Below are positions 1 to 16,174 of a stretch of DNA of 64,000 nucleotides, piece by piece. How positions within the stretch are numbered: the first letter of the stretch is position 1; every line of letters starts with the position of its first letter. The DNA is taken from assembly GCA_051546255.1 (NCBI GenBank), contig CP128819.1, positions 744,001 through 808,000 of the forward strand, in the 5' to 3' direction. The translations under genes were made by a program, and so were the position numbers. The DNA comes from Meyerozyma guilliermondii (Eukaryota). Below the pieces are notes generated by a model that worked only from the letters and a program-made list of their open reading frames with translations, ran no database searches and had not been told where the DNA came from.

Positions 1-3000
1 AAAACGGCCATTGGCTTATTCTTGACAACGCCAACCTTTGCAGTCCGTCTGTCCTTGATCGTCTCAACTCTTTGCTTGAAAGAAATGGAAAATTGATCAT
101 CAATGAATGCAGCAACGAATTTGGTGAACCAAGAGTTATAACTCCACATCCTGACTTTAGGTTGTTTTTAACCACGGATCCAAAATACGGAGAGTTGTCT
201 CGAGCTATGAGAAATAGAGGAGTTGAAGTGTTTTTGGACTCCTTGAACGCCAGATTGACCACCTTTGATCGCTCTTTACTTGGAGTCGAAGAGCAAGAAA
301 TCAGTACTGAAAAATTCAAAATGGAAGAACGAATTGAAAAACTCAAATTGGAGGAAGAAAACAAGGCAGGAGTTTCACGCATTCCACTTTCCGCATGTAT
401 TCATTCTGAACTTTCCACCACAAGACATTTGGGTGTTCTTCATGACATGGTGATGGAGAGGTCAATGACGAGCGTATCTCTTGGAGCCTTATCGCCTCAA
501 ACCGCTGACGACTTGAAATCATTGAGAGATACTATTCACTCATCGAAACTTTTCGAAGCTGATTTTGAGCTCAACGTCGATTCCATGATTGAAGAGTATA
601 CTTTGTTGCAAGGTATCGACACTCATCGACAGATGGTTGTATACTTGAACGATTTTTCAGAGCACTTGAAGAGCAAAGGCTTCTCGCTTTCTGAGTTCGA
701 ACATTTGCAGCCGCTCAATCCTCTTCTCAACACTTTTGTTAACATTACATTTAACAAAGAGGACTTGCACGTTTATGGTAGCGAGTCGATATACTTGTTT
801 CAAGCTTTGGAATTACTTCTTCATGCGAGAGAATTTGTTTTGAGTTTGCTGAAGACGTCAATGGAAAAAAATGCTAAGGATCTCACTTATTTAGAGAGGT
901 CTGCAGCATTTGAATTGGGGAGGACATTGAAGAAGTACCCCAAGGTACAAATATTCAGAATCATGAACGAATTGTTGTCGTTTATTTTCGAGGCTTTTCA
1001 AGGACCATCGACGATGTTTAAAGTTCCAGGCGCATTCGAAGCCATCTCGAATTTCTTGATTTTATGGAATAGTCTTGCCGAAAGTGCTTCTGGTCAAAAT
1101 GCATCCAAGCTACCCATCTACAAAGAGCTTATTCAAGAATGGTACGATAGTGTGAAGAGTCACTGGCTGCCTCTGAATGTGGTTTCTCTTTTACACACCT
1201 TGAAGTCTTTTGAGCAAGATATCAATATGACTACAGGTTTGTCCATGGAAGTGATATGGCACGGCTCCAGAGGTAACTATCCTGGATCGGCTAGTTCTTG
1301 GGAGAAAGCTATGCGTATAGTGGAAATCTCCAACAACTTTGACCTGGTTACTCGAAGCCTTCCTTTCAGTAGCCAAATGCAAGAACTTTCCCGTCTGCTC
1401 CAGGAAGTGTTCCGAGACGTGAGCGCCAATGAAGTGCCTGACAGTGAGTTCAACGACTTGTGCACTTTGCTTCTTGATGGAATTACAAGGCTCAGTTCTG
1501 TGAGTAATTACGCACTTCAGGCCCAAGATTTTGGAACAGAATACAGGTTCTTGTTCAACTTTATCATGGCAGATAACTCCTCCAAGTTGTCGCTGCATGA
1601 CAGAATAGCTACCAAGGCTAGAGCTCCCACCATAAAGCTCATTGCGTCGAGTCGTGACGGCAAGATGCCATACCCTTCGGTCTTTGATACTCTTTGGAAT
1701 ATCGATACTTCTGAATCTTTTGTTGATGGTATGTTCACCGACAAGTACCTTCAAGCTTTGTTCTCCAAGGTTGACAACTTTACTTCGTGCTCAGGTGAAC
1801 TTTTGGACGGAACTTACAGTGAAATGATTGAGATGAGACAGCTTTCTATCGAAAATTCTGAGAGCATTCTTCGTGACAAAATCCAAGTTTTCCTGGCGTT
1901 ATTGGTCCAATGGTACATGCACATTATAGATCTTCACAAGGACGTCATATCAGAGAGCTCAGCAGCCTTGTTGTCCACCATAACTGTTGAAGCAGCCGAG
2001 AACTTTAGTCTTGAAAATCTCGATTTACCTGTTAAAGAGATGTTTTTCATTGACGTTGTGGATCGCTACTTTGGTCCAGCAGTCAGAACAGCGTTGAAAG
2101 CAAAAGACTTGTCTTCTTTGGGTAAAGCATGGGTGCTTTTCTCGTGCGGGTGTATTCAACTTTATGTCCCCAATACGCCGTTTGATCCTGCTCAGAAAGA
2201 ACACATTGCGTACAACTTTATGGCGCATCAAAAAGCTGTTGCTGAAGAAGTTCGGAGCCTGTGGAAGACTTTGCGTACAACATCCTATGGAGATGAACCG
2301 ATCATTGGTGAAGAATTAATTCCTAACTTAAACAGTGAGCTCGTGATGCCACAGGTCTTCCGATTCGAATCATCTTCAGATCAACTTTTTGAAGAATGGG
2401 ACTCGTTTATGAAATCAAACATCGACTCGGAAACGGTGAAAGGCTTGTTGAACTCTGCGGAATCATTTTCTGAAAAGTTTTTGGATATGTCCAGATTGTT
2501 CCAGAATAACTCTGCTCGATTCTTGGTTCGTTTGCGGGACTCTTTTACAGTGTTTTCTGACTTGAACGATTTGCTCCGTGGTTACGTTTGCGGCTTAAAA
2601 CTAGGATTTGATCTTCTCAGCATAGAAACAGAAAACAAGTCTAGTCCAGTACCTTCAATTTCTTGGACTACCAATATTAATGATTTGATCTCGTCAGACA
2701 GATTATCGACATCGTTTGAGTCTTTACGGCCATTCTTGAAGAAGCAAAAGCCAGACTCTTCGCTTCCTGAGAAAACCATGAAGTTTTTCATCAAACTTTG
2801 TTACACACAAAGAAACTGTGGAAAGTTTGACAGTGTTGAATCGGTACTCCAGAATGCATTCCAGTTCTTGTACTACAGATGGACTTTGCGTCGTTTGAAA
2901 GCGGAAGAAGAAGAGATCCAGAATAATAGTCTTTTCAAGTACTCTGATGAGTCTGCAGATATTGGAGATGACTTTAGAAATCTTTTCCCCGACCATGAAG

Positions 3001-6000
3001 ACGTGGTTGATGCTGATCAAGAAGTCAGCAAACGGAATGATTCTTTTGACGAAATCTATTATCAAATCAGTAAAGACTACATGGATGCTTTTTCTGCTTC
3101 AAGAGATTTCAACCTCGAAGAAATAGTAGAGGAAGGTTCATCACTCAGCGCTTTCATCTCAAAGCATGCAACTGTTGCTAGCGGAAATGCCGAAGTTGGT
3201 AACTTTACTGCATTGATTCTGCAATTATCAACCTCGATTTCAGCTGCTCAAAAGCGAGATGAGAAGCTTGACTTTTATCACGGTTACTCCACTTTTGAGT
3301 TTAAGAGAGCCCTTGCAATCGTGAATGTGACCAAGAAAGAAACCATGAGATTGCTTGCTGAATGGCCCGAGCATCTGACTCTTCAGTGTATTGCCAGATG
3401 CTGCTCAGAATTTGCCAATTTTCCAATCAAATACTCTGTTTCCAAATTGTTACAAAAGGTGGAACAGATCTATACGTACTTGGTTGAATGGGAGAAGTAT
3501 GCCCATTCGGGTGTCTCGTTGGCAACCCAAGTCAATTCTATCGTTGAGTTGATCATCTCATGGAGAAAGCTTGAGCTTCAAACATGGAGTTCACTCTTTG
3601 ACCACGAAAATTATACGTTGGAAACGTCAATGGGAAAATGGTGGTTCTATCTCTTTGAGGTACTCTTACTCCCAACTTTTGGAACTGAGGAAGTTGACCA
3701 TGATTCTTGCTCCAAGATTGTTTCTGCACTCAACACATTCTTGGGTCAAACAAGCTATGGTGAGTTTGGAATAAGACTCAACCTTATCCGTTCATTTGAA
3801 AAGCATATCTTGACCATTGACCAAATCAGTCCTATAGCGTCCGCTTTGGCAAACGTTATCAGTTTCTACGAGCAATTCGTACCTGTGGTGGATAAGGCAA
3901 TCAAGGAGAAGAAAAAGGCTCTTGAAAAGGACATTTCCGAAGTCATTTTGCTTGCTAGATGGAAAGATGTCAACCCTGATGCTCTCAAACAGAGTGCTCG
4001 CAGATCCCACAACAGTCTCTACAAAATTGTTAGAAAGTACCGTGCGGTATTGGCTTCTCAAATTTCCACCTTGGTCGAGCTGGGTCTTCCAGTGGATCAA
4101 AGTCTTACTGTTGGAGAAAAAGTTACAAACTACAAAAAGATATCTGATGTCTTTTATGATTCTATTCTTACCAATATCTCAACCTGGAATGATAGACCAA
4201 CACGGTTCCGGAAACTTGACCGTGTTGTGGAAAATATGGGCAAGTACATCCTGATGCTCGAGTCACAAACTTATCCAAACTTGACAGAATACACTACATC
4301 GCTTCTTGGTGAAATGGAAAAGCTTCGAAATGAGACTCCGAAGAAATTGACGAAAGAGAACAAGAAAACCATTGCCGCTTTGAAGGCACAGAAAAGTAAA
4401 TTGATGAGTGATACAATCAAGGATATTAAGAGTATGGGCATAAAGGTTGCGCTTCAGACGAAAGTCATTGCTGCGCAGTCCACTTCAAGCTTGGTTTTAG
4501 CAACTGCTAACACTTTCAAGAACACCAAATTTGAAGGCTCTGATGTCTATTTCTTCCGTATTTTGGATTTACTTCCTCGTTTGCGAGTTTCGGTTTCTGA
4601 GTGCAACGAAGAAATACCACAACCATTTGTCGAAAAGTGCATGGCAGCGATTGAAAACTTGGTTTTCACCACAACGGCAACTAGAGTGCCACTCGGCAGA
4701 TTCTCAAGAGCATTCGAGCTGTTTATGGACCACAAGGAAAGTTTCGAAAGTCTTTCAGAAACGTATGACGGAAAAGTCAGTATTGTCAAAGCTACACACA
4801 GAAACTCTTTGATGCTGAATTTGGAGAGCATAAAGTTCAATCTTTACTGGGTCGACAAGTTCATCAGCTTTGTGAGCTCCTTGCAATTAGAGCTGACTCC
4901 AGAGATGGACAAACTCTTGCAAAAGCTTGGCAAGATACAAATGGAAGCACTGGATTTAAAGCGTCGTATTCCTCACGAATCTACGATTTTGACTGAAACT
5001 TCAATTCTGTGGAACGATGCCTACATTTCATTCCATGAAGGAGCAGTTGAAGAATTAACTTCGTTGGAAAAAGATGTTCCATGTCTTTCTTTTGTTGCTA
5101 AGACCCTTCAAATACTTTTGGCAGACTCTACTCATACATCGTTTATCCAGTCTTCTACCTCACTTGAAAGTATCTCCTCTTTGGAAGAGATAGAAAAGGT
5201 GTTGCGGAGCCTTTCAAATGCCATTTTGATTGCACTTCAGAACGTGAAAGAGAATAACGATTCTTTCGACACGGAAAAAGAAGAATGGTTCCAAGAGTCG
5301 CAAACAAATCTCTTTGAGAGTATCAAACGTCTCAATGCAGCGCTGATTTCCAAATACATGAAGCGTTCTTTGGACTTGATTTCAAGACACGAATATAATG
5401 CTTCTACTTCGGCAATTGTTCAAGCATTGGTGAAGTTCACCTTGCCTTTGGTGGACCAATATGGAAGTCTTTTGCAGTCTTTCTTATCTAAATCAAAGTC
5501 GAATTACTTTGAGAATAGCAAGAGCACATATATTCTCGCAACATGTCTTCACCACATTGCAGTGAACGGTTTCTGTTCACCTCAAGCCGACCAAGAACAG
5601 AAGCAAGATGACAACTTGCAAGATGGTACAGGGCTTGGCGATGGTTCTGGTGCCGCCGAGAGCACCAAAGATATCGACGAAGAAGATCTTGCGGAAGCAG
5701 CTCAGGAAGAAAACAAGGAAAAAGACAATAAAGAGGACGAAATGGACGAAGAAAAAGACAATGCTCATGATATTGAAGGTGACATGGCTGGAGAACTTGA
5801 GGAGGCGGAGAATGATGAAAATGATGAACAAGACCAGGATGAAGACGAAAAGTTGGACGAAGAGATTGATGATTTGGACGATTCAGATCCTAATGCAGTT
5901 GATGAGAAGATGTGGGACGAACAAGTTGAGGACGATAAGATGAAGGAGAAAGAGTCTGACGAAGTTCCACAGAATCAGGATGACAATCTTGAGGGTAATG

Positions 6001-8141
6001 ACGAAGACTCGAAAGATAAGGATGAGAAGTCAAAGGACGAAGCACAAGCTGACGAAATGGAGGATGAGCCTGATGCAGACAACAAAGGTGAAGAGAATTC
6101 AGACGAAGGAGAAGAAGAGAACGAAGAAGAGCAGTTGGGAGAGCAAGAAGATGAAGTCAAAAATGACGACGATGGTGAAGCGCTCGATGACCATGTTCCT
6201 GAATCTGAGGTCTTGGATCTTCCTGAAGATATCAATCTTGATAGCGAAGGTGAGCAAGAGGAAGCCGAAGAAGCACAGCAGGACGACGACATGGATATGG
6301 AAGACGACCAAATGCCTGACAATGTTGACTCTGCTGAGGAGGAAGGTATGGAAGAAGAAGGCAAAGAAGAAGATGACCAACAAGAAGGGGAAAATGAAGA
6401 AACTGGAGAGGTTGAAGAAAATGCTGAGAATGACGAAGATAATGAAGACGCTACGAATGAAGAAGATGCGAACGAAGATATGAACTCGGATGTTGAAGAA
6501 CTCAAGAACGAGAACGCTGAAGAGGATCTGAAAGCTGACAATGCTTCCAAACTTGAAGCTGAAGGTAATGATGGTGCTGATCAAGATAATGATACCGAGG
6601 AGATAAATTCTGATGTTAAGCAGGAAAGCGGAAATCGTGGTCAAGGGGATGATAATGAAGACACTCAAGAAAATGAAGATGTTGGAGCAGCAGGCGGTGC
6701 TTCACTCCAGATGGACCAGAAGGACGATTCGAGCAATTCTAACGACGATGTGAAGGATGAAATTTCAGAGTCTTTGAAGCAGCTTGGAGATTCGTTGAAA
6801 GAGTTCCACCGTCGTAGGCAAGAAATAAAAGAGGCCAGTGAGCGTGATGAGCAACTGAAGGAGACCGCCAACGAAAACCCCGACGACTTTGAGCATGTTG
6901 ATGGTGACAATGCCGATACTGATACTCAGGCGATGGGCTCTGCGGACAAAGACCAAGTGCAAAAGATAGACGAAGATAAGGCAATGGATCAAGAAGAAGA
7001 AAATGAAGAAGTTAAAGTCAAAGAAGAATTGTCAACTAAGGACGAAGGTGCAGAACTCGAGAATCCCGAAGTCAAAGAGGACGTTGAGATGGAGGAAGAT
7101 TCTAAGAAAGAAGATTCCATCGATGGACGGATCCATCTGACTTTCAAGAACGAGCAAATCTTTGAAACTGACCAAAACCAAGTCAAGGTTGAAGATATGG
7201 ACGAGGATGAAGAAGATGTCGAGGAAGAGGTGAACATGGAAATCCAAAAACCTTCTAGTGAACAATCTGCCGTTATTGAGTATGAAACTGCACTGAAATT
7301 GTGGTCTTCAAGTGAACAAGCAACGCAAGAGTTGGCTTCTGGACTTTGTGAGCAGTTGAGGTTGATTTTGGAACCAACTATGTCAACCAAGCTCAAAGGT
7401 GACTACAAAACAGGAAAGAGGTTGAACATGAAGAGAATTATTCCATATATTGCTTCTGATTTCCGCAAAGACAAGATTTGGTTGAGAAGAACAAAACCAT
7501 CAAAAAGACAATATCAAATAATGATAGCGGTTGACGACTCCAAATCTATGACAGAGAGCAACTCCCACGAGCTTGCATTCCACAGTATTGCCCTTGTGTC
7601 TAAAGCTTTGACCCAGCTTGAGAGTGGAGAAATCTCGATCGTCAGATTCGGTGAGGATGTCAAAGTTGTTCATCCATTCGAAAAGCCTTTCAACTTTAAA
7701 GATAGTGGACCTCAAGTATTCCAATGGTTTGACTTTCAGCAAACGAAGACTGACGTCAAGAAGCTCTGCTCAACATCTTTGGACTTATTTGAGAAAGCTC
7801 GTGCTTCTACAAGCACCGATATCTGGCAGTTGCAAATCATCATATCTGATGGTGTATGTGAGGACCATGAAAGTCTCTTGAGACTTGTGCGTGAAGCCCG
7901 TGATAAGAAGGTGATGCTTGTGTTTGTCATTCTTGATGGCATAAACCAAAAGGAGTCGATTCTCGATATGAGTCAAGTGAACTACGTTCCAGATTCTCAT
8001 GGAGGTACATCGTTGAAAGTCACAAAGTATTTGGATTCGTTCCCCTTTGAGTTCTATGTGGTGGTGAAAAACATCAATGAACTTCCACAAATGCTTTCAT
8101 TGATCTTGAGACAATACTTTTCGGAGATATCTAGTATTTAA
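1..8141 (+). CDS. MDN1: Midasin (Rea1/Mdn1) AAA-ATPase, 5'-truncated by the window
   Basis: The frame is open from base 3 (NGHWLILDNANLCSPSVLDRLNSLLE, last AAA module with ELSRAMRNR). A long helical linker and a D/E-rich tract (~5.6-7.2 kb) follow, then a C-terminal MIDAS/vWA domain (GDYKTGKRLNMKRIIPYIAS, VDDSKSM, IISDG). Confidence 0.97.
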   Translation, partial: NGHWLILDNANLCSPSVLDRLNSLLERNGKLIINECSNEFGEPRVITPHPDFRLFLTTDPKYGELSRAMRNRGVEVFLDSLNARLTTFDRSLLGVEEQEISTEKFKMEERIEKLKLEEENKAGVSRIPLSACIHSELSTTRHLGVLHDMVMERSMTSVSLGALSPQTADDLKSLRDTIHSSKLFEADFELNVDSMIEEYTLLQGIDTHRQMVVYLNDFSEHLKSKGFSLSEFEHLQPLNPLLNTFVNITFNKEDLHVYGSESIYLFQALELLLHAREFVLSLLKTSMEKNAKDLTYLERSAAFELGRTLKKYPKVQIFRIMNELLSFIFEAFQGPSTMFKVPGAFEAISNFLILWNSLAESASGQNASKLPIYKELIQEWYDSVKSHWLPLNVVSLLHTLKSFEQDINMTTGLSMEVIWHGSRGNYPGSASSWEKAMRIVEISNNFDLVTRSLPFSSQMQELSRLLQEVFRDVSANEVPDSEFNDLCTLLLDGITRLSSVSNYALQAQDFGTEYRFLFNFIMADNSSKLSLHDRIATKARAPTIKLIASSRDGKMPYPSVFDTLWNIDTSESFVDGMFTDKYLQALFSKVDNFTSCSGELLDGTYSEMIEMRQLSIENSESILRDKIQVFLALLVQWYMHIIDLHKDVISESSAALLSTITVEAAENFSLENLDLPVKEMFFIDVVDRYFGPAVRTALKAKDLSSLGKAWVLFSCGCIQLYVPNTPFDPAQKEHIAYNFMAHQKAVAEEVRSLWKTLRTTSYGDEPIIGEELIPNLNSELVMPQVFRFESSSDQLFEEWDSFMKSNIDSETVKGLLNSAESFSEKFLDMSRLFQNNSARFLVRLRDSFTVFSDLNDLLRGYVCGLKLGFDLLSIETENKSSPVPSISWTTNINDLISSDRLSTSFESLRPFLKKQKPDSSLPEKTMKFFIKLCYTQRNCGKFDSVESVLQNAFQFLYYRWTLRRLKAEEEEIQNNSLFKYSDESADIGDDFRNLFPDHEDVVDADQEVSKRNDSFDEIYYQISKDYMDAFSASRDFNLEEIVEEGSSLSAFISKHATVASGNAEVGNFTALILQLSTSISAAQKRDEKLDFYHGYSTFEFKRALAIVNVTKKETMRLLAEWPEHLTLQCIARCCSEFANFPIKYSVSKLLQKVEQIYTYLVEWEKYAHSGVSLATQVNSIVELIISWRKLELQTWSSLFDHENYTLETSMGKWWFYLFEVLLLPTFGTEEVDHDSCSKIVSALNTFLGQTSYGEFGIRLNLIRSFEKHILTIDQISPIASALANVISFYEQFVPVVDKAIKEKKKALEKDISEVILLARWKDVNPDALKQSARRSHNSLYKIVRKYRAVLASQISTLVELGLPVDQSLTVGEKVTNYKKISDVFYDSILTNISTWNDRPTRFRKLDRVVENMGKYILMLESQTYPNLTEYTTSLLGEMEKLRNETPKKLTKENKKTIAALKAQKSKLMSDTIKDIKSMGIKVALQTKVIAAQSTSSLVLATANTFKNTKFEGSDVYFFRILDLLPRLRVSVSECNEEIPQPFVEKCMAAIENLVFTTTATRVPLGRFSRAFELFMDHKESFESLSETYDGKVSIVKATHRNSLMLNLESIKFNLYWVDKFISFVSSLQLELTPEMDKLLQKLGKIQMEALDLKRRIPHESTILTETSILWNDAYISFHEGAVEELTSLEKDVPCLSFVAKTLQILLADSTHTSFIQSSTSLESISSLEEIEKVLRSLSNAILIALQNVKENNDSFDTEKEEWFQESQTNLFESIKRLNAALISKYMKRSLDLISRHEYNASTSAIVQALVKFTLPLVDQYGSLLQSFLSKSKSNYFENSKSTYILATCLHHIAVNGFCSPQADQEQKQDDNLQDGTGLGDGSGAAESTKDIDEEDLAEAAQEENKEKDNKEDEMDEEKDNAHDIEGDMAGELEEAENDENDEQDQDEDEKLDEEIDDLDDSDPNAVDEKMWDEQVEDDKMKEKESDEVPQNQDDNLEGNDEDSKDKDEKSKDEAQADEMEDEPDADNKGEENSDEGEEENEEEQLGEQEDEVKNDDDGEALDDHVPESEVLDLPEDINLDSEGEQEEAEEAQQDDDMDMEDDQMPDNVDSAEEEGMEEEGKEEDDQQEGENEETGEVEENAENDEDNEDATNEEDANEDMNSDVEELKNENAEEDLKADNASKLEAEGNDGADQDNDTEEINSDVKQESGNRGQGDDNEDTQENEDVGAAGGASLQMDQKDDSSNSNDDVKDEISESLKQLGDSLKEFHRRRQEIKEASERDEQLKETANENPDDFEHVDGDNADTDTQAMGSADKDQVQKIDEDKAMDQEEENEEVKVKEELSTKDEGAELENPEVKEDVEMEEDSKKEDSIDGRIHLTFKNEQIFETDQNQVKVEDMDEDEEDVEEEVNMEIQKPSSEQSAVIEYETALKLWSSSEQATQELASGLCEQLRLILEPTMSTKLKGDYKTGKRLNMKRIIPYIASDFRKDKIWLRRTKPSKRQYQIMIAVDDSKSMTESNSHELAFHSIALVSKALTQLESGEISIVRFGEDVKVVHPFEKPFNFKDSGPQVFQWFDFQQTKTDVKKLCSTSLDLFEKARASTSTDIWQLQIIISDGVCEDHESLLRLVREARDKKVMLVFVILDGINQKESILDMSQVNYVPDSHGGTSLKVTKYLDSFPFEFYVVVKNINELPQMLSLILRQYFSEISSI

Positions 8142-8179
8142 GTATTTATTAAATGCATTGTATGAAGAAGACAGTTTAT

Positions 8180-9310
8180 CTACTTTGTATTATTAACAAC
8201 TCTAGCGATGCAGATCGACATATCATCAAGCTTGCCGCCTGTGCTAGCATTGTGGCCATACTTGGCAGCTGGAAGTGCATTAACTTTCTCATTATAAGGT
8301 GTGTAAGCATAATCATCAAAGGCGACTTCCTTCGCTTTGACCAAAATGTTGTTTGCAGCTTTTTTCAAGCTATCTTTCTTCAAATTCAAACTTTCATCGA
8401 GATAATGTACAATTTCCCACTCATACAAATTGTCGGAAATGCCGTCCGAGCACATCACTATGATGTCACCTTCTTTCAACTTCATGGAGTCAACCCACGC
8501 CATTTCTGAAGGCAACTGGCCCAAAGTTTGCGTTCCAATTTGCTGTGGACAAAGATCAGATATCATTTGCTCTTTGTTAGTTTCTATAATGTCACCGTCT
8601 CTTATAATGTAGAGCTTAGAGTCGCCTATACTGATCATTTTGAGATATTCTCCGCTCAACATCAGTAATATGAGGGTGGATGAGCCACTGAGACCCTGAA
8701 GGTCCATCAAGTGGGAAGTATGCAAAAAAGAGTCGTCCAAAATCTCGTCAATATCTCTCTTGTTGAGATGATGAGGAGCATGATTGAACTTGTACTCGGT
8801 CATAAGACGACTAAGCGTTTCCACCATTGAACGAGACCAGATTCCAGAAGAACAGTTCGTGTCTTTCGTTTCCCAACCTGTCACACCATCAGCGATAGCC
8901 ATGACTGTGGGGGATATGAGCATAGCATCATCGCCTGCTTTGATCGACAAAGTATCCGCAGGCGAGCCATGAGGACGTCGTCTAGGAAGCAAGGTGTTAA
9001 GCTGGGTTGGTTCTGTCAAGTCGGACAATGAGTGTATGGTTGGGTTGGAGCCATCGCTGTGGTACGCATACGATGCGTACGCGCAGTCGAGTTTATATTT
9101 GTCATTGGTTATCTTCTTGAGTTGGTCTTTTGTCACCAAGGGGTACTGGATATATGGGTTGTAGTCGTCACTCGCGTCTGGTTCCTTTGTACGAGACAAG
9201 AAGAAGTGGCGGGCGCCACTGAATATGCTGTATTGGCGATGGGACTTGCCAAGAGTGTTCACCAAGTTGGTGAAAGACCGATGTCGGGAGATGGATGCGA
9301 TCATTCTCAA
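8180..9310 (-). CDS. PP2C/PPM phosphatase of the PTC7 family with a probable mitochondrial presequence
   Basis: Motifs AGDDA, AIADGVTGW, SIGDS, CSDGISDNL and GGKLDDMSI; Arg/Ser-rich N-terminus. Confidence 0.85.
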   Translation of the reverse strand: MRMIASISRHRSFTNLVNTLGKSHRQYSIFSGARHFFLSRTKEPDASDDYNPYIQYPLVTKDQLKKITNDKYKLDCAYASYAYHSDGSNPTIHSLSDLTEPTQLNTLLPRRRPHGSPADTLSIKAGDDAMLISPTVMAIADGVTGWETKDTNCSSGIWSRSMVETLSRLMTEYKFNHAPHHLNKRDIDEILDDSFLHTSHLMDLQGLSGSSTLILLMLSGEYLKMISIGDSKLYIIRDGDIIETNKEQMISDLCPQQIGTQTLGQLPSEMAWVDSMKLKEGDIIVMCSDGISDNLYEWEIVHYLDESLNLKKDSLKKAANNILVKAKEVAFDDYAYTPYNEKVNALPAAKYGHNASTGGKLDDMSICIARVVNNTK

Positions 9311-9711
9311 ATGTTTGAACGTCTTGAATTTGTTACTTGACAGTGGTATTTGAAATGGATAAAATTATTGTGTGGTAACTGCGGATCAGATGGCCGTGTA
9401 CGGCTTTATATCGAGACCCTTTACTTGTTTCCCTAACTGATTATCAACACCAATCTAGTTATGTACCGGGGCCTAAAATCAAGTATTAAAATGCAAAAAT
9501 CAAGATTTTGCCAAAGTTGACAAATCACAAAAAGTAAACTTTTCTGCCACCATCACTTTCTTTTTATGTGCGGCGATGTTCCCCTCATCGGAGCGGAGTT
9601 TCGAGCGAAAAAGAAAAAGGAAATTTCGGGCGCATTCGGAGTTCGGAGTCCGACATTTTCCGACGCACCGTGCGATGCACGATACGAACGTTTAGTATAT
9701 ACACTACTTGG

Positions 9712-14427
<4,716 letters not shown>

Positions 14428-14429
14428 TT

Positions 14430-14438
14430 ATGATTCAT
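14430..14438. promoter_or_regulatory. Gcn4-like site ATGATTCAT upstream of ARO1
   Basis: One mismatch to ATGACTCAT, ~50 bp upstream of the ARO1 ATG. Amino-acid biosynthesis genes are classic Gcn4 targets. Confidence 0.35.
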
Positions 14439-14512
14439 ATCCAGCTGTACACCCACACATAAGCAAGGTGATACTATAGACTAAGAAAAGGTGACAGTAA
14501 CTAAAAATTGAT

Positions 14513-16174
14513 TTATATTTGGCTCTTGATAAACTCTATACATTCTTCTTTTGTTCCCAGTGGGTGGTCAAGCTGCCATACTAAAATCATGTTCGTAACT
14601 TCTCCCATCCAAGGTCCGGGTTTCTTGTTCAATTCCTTGGAAAGAGTCTTTCCATCGACCAACGGTTTAACATTATGAACGTCCCATAATGACTCGTTCT
14701 CTATGTATCTCATTAAGTTCTCATATTTGGAGAGGGAATAATGGCTTTGAGATAAAAGCTGCTCTGCCAAATTTAGGACTTGAGGATGCGGTTCGATCAG
14801 AACGGGTGCCTTGAATTCCGGATTTTGCAATAACTCTGCAAATGCGTAGACCAAGACACTCAAGGACGAATGTGCTTTGTACTTAGCCAAGATCGTTCCT
14901 AGTTCAGACCTCTTTATGGTGTGGCTGTCAAAGAAAGCTTGAAATGCAGTAATGGCCAACTTATGCTCTTTGACAATCGTCGATACCGGCTCAAAATCGT
15001 GCTTTCCTAGCCTCAATCCCTCTTTCAAGATCAATTCGGGAACTGCTGATTCTGCTGCACGCTTGGGATTTGCTCTTAAGACTGCATTTTCATAGGGAAG
15101 TAGAACCGTACTCAAGTAGAATAATTTTTGTAGATGCGTATCCAGCAAGACACTAGTGAGCACTTTTTGTAGACTCTGATAGTTCTTATCGATTAATGTA
15201 GTGAAAACTTTGAAAGATGTAGACATTGCCGAAATCTGGCCATCTATCAATGCAGAGCGCTGTTTGACAACATCCAAATGAGCTGGTTGGTTGATTTCGT
15301 TGATGGTGTTCTCAAGAGTGCCAACATTAAATATGCTATTTGTGAGCCCCACATGGCTTATCAATCGAAGGCCGTAAATGGGGTTATTACCCATGAGTAT
15401 TTTATCCAACTCGACTCCCACTCTTTCTCTGCTGATCTTGTGGATCAAAGCTTGTTTGATTTCGTCGGTAGTCATCGCTTCGATTGTATTTGATTCAATT
15501 TGGAAATCGAATGTGCTTGAAAAACGAATAAGACGCAACACTCGCAATGGGTCATCTAGAAAAGTCTGATATGGGGCTAGCGGTGTTCTCAATATGCCAT
15601 TGCGCAAGTCATCGAGTCCCTTTCCTGTGAAGTCCTCGATTTTATCCTGGTTTAAATTATAGAACAAAGCGTTAAGAGTAGCATCACGACGAAGAGCATC
15701 TTCCTCGGCAGTCCCACACTCTATTACTGGAACTCTGCTATCTGCCGTGTACTTCTCGGATCGAAGATTAACAAAATCAATGTCCAACCCGAAAAGCTTG
15801 GTTGTACAAGTTTCCAAATGCTTGGATTTATCAGGATTCTTCTTGATTGTATGCACAGATTGAGCTTTCATTTGAGGGTTTTCAGCGGCCAAATACTCGA
15901 GCAATCGGGATGCAAACTCCTCACCTGAAAGATGGTTGATGGCAATGTCGAGATCATGACTCTGTTTGCCCAATAACTTGTCTCGAACCCATCCTCCAGT
16001 GATTCTTAGTTCGAGTTGTTGCGAGCCACTTTTGTCCTTATTGTACGAGTCGCAGAAACTGAGCAATGCTCGACAAATGTTCGATTCCGCGGGTTCGAGT
16101 TTAATGGGGTGAAGTTGAAACATGGTGCTAAAAAGACGAATATTTCTTGTGCAACGGTGCACGAAATGGTACAT
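14513..16174 (-). CDS. CCA1: tRNA nucleotidyltransferase (CCA-adding enzyme)
   Basis: Motifs ITGGWVRDKLLG, DLDIA, DFVNLRSE, RRDATLNALFYN and DDPLRVLRLIRF. First ATG at 16174, second in-frame ATG at 16123. Confidence 0.96.
   Translation of the reverse strand: MYHFVHRCTRNIRLFSTMFQLHPIKLEPAESNICRALLSFCDSYNKDKSGSQQLELRITGGWVRDKLLGKQSHDLDIAINHLSGEEFASRLLEYLAAENPQMKAQSVHTIKKNPDKSKHLETCTTKLFGLDIDFVNLRSEKYTADSRVPVIECGTAEEDALRRDATLNALFYNLNQDKIEDFTGKGLDDLRNGILRTPLAPYQTFLDDPLRVLRLIRFSSTFDFQIESNTIEAMTTDEIKQALIHKISRERVGVELDKILMGNNPIYGLRLISHVGLTNSIFNVGTLENTINEINQPAHLDVVKQRSALIDGQISAMSTSFKVFTTLIDKNYQSLQKVLTSVLLDTHLQKLFYLSTVLLPYENAVLRANPKRAAESAVPELILKEGLRLGKHDFEPVSTIVKEHKLAITAFQAFFDSHTIKRSELGTILAKYKAHSSLSVLVYAFAELLQNPEFKAPVLIEPHPQVLNLAEQLLSQSHYSLSKYENLMRYIENESLWDVHNVKPLVDGKTLSKELNKKPGPWMGEVTNMILVWQLDHPLGTKEECIEFIKSQI

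Noticed and set aside
5577..7396. Ser-rich and Phe/Ile-rich minus-strand ORFs and M/K/T-rich alternate-frame ORFs
   Set aside because: Shadows of the D/E-rich (GAA/GAT) tract of MDN1.
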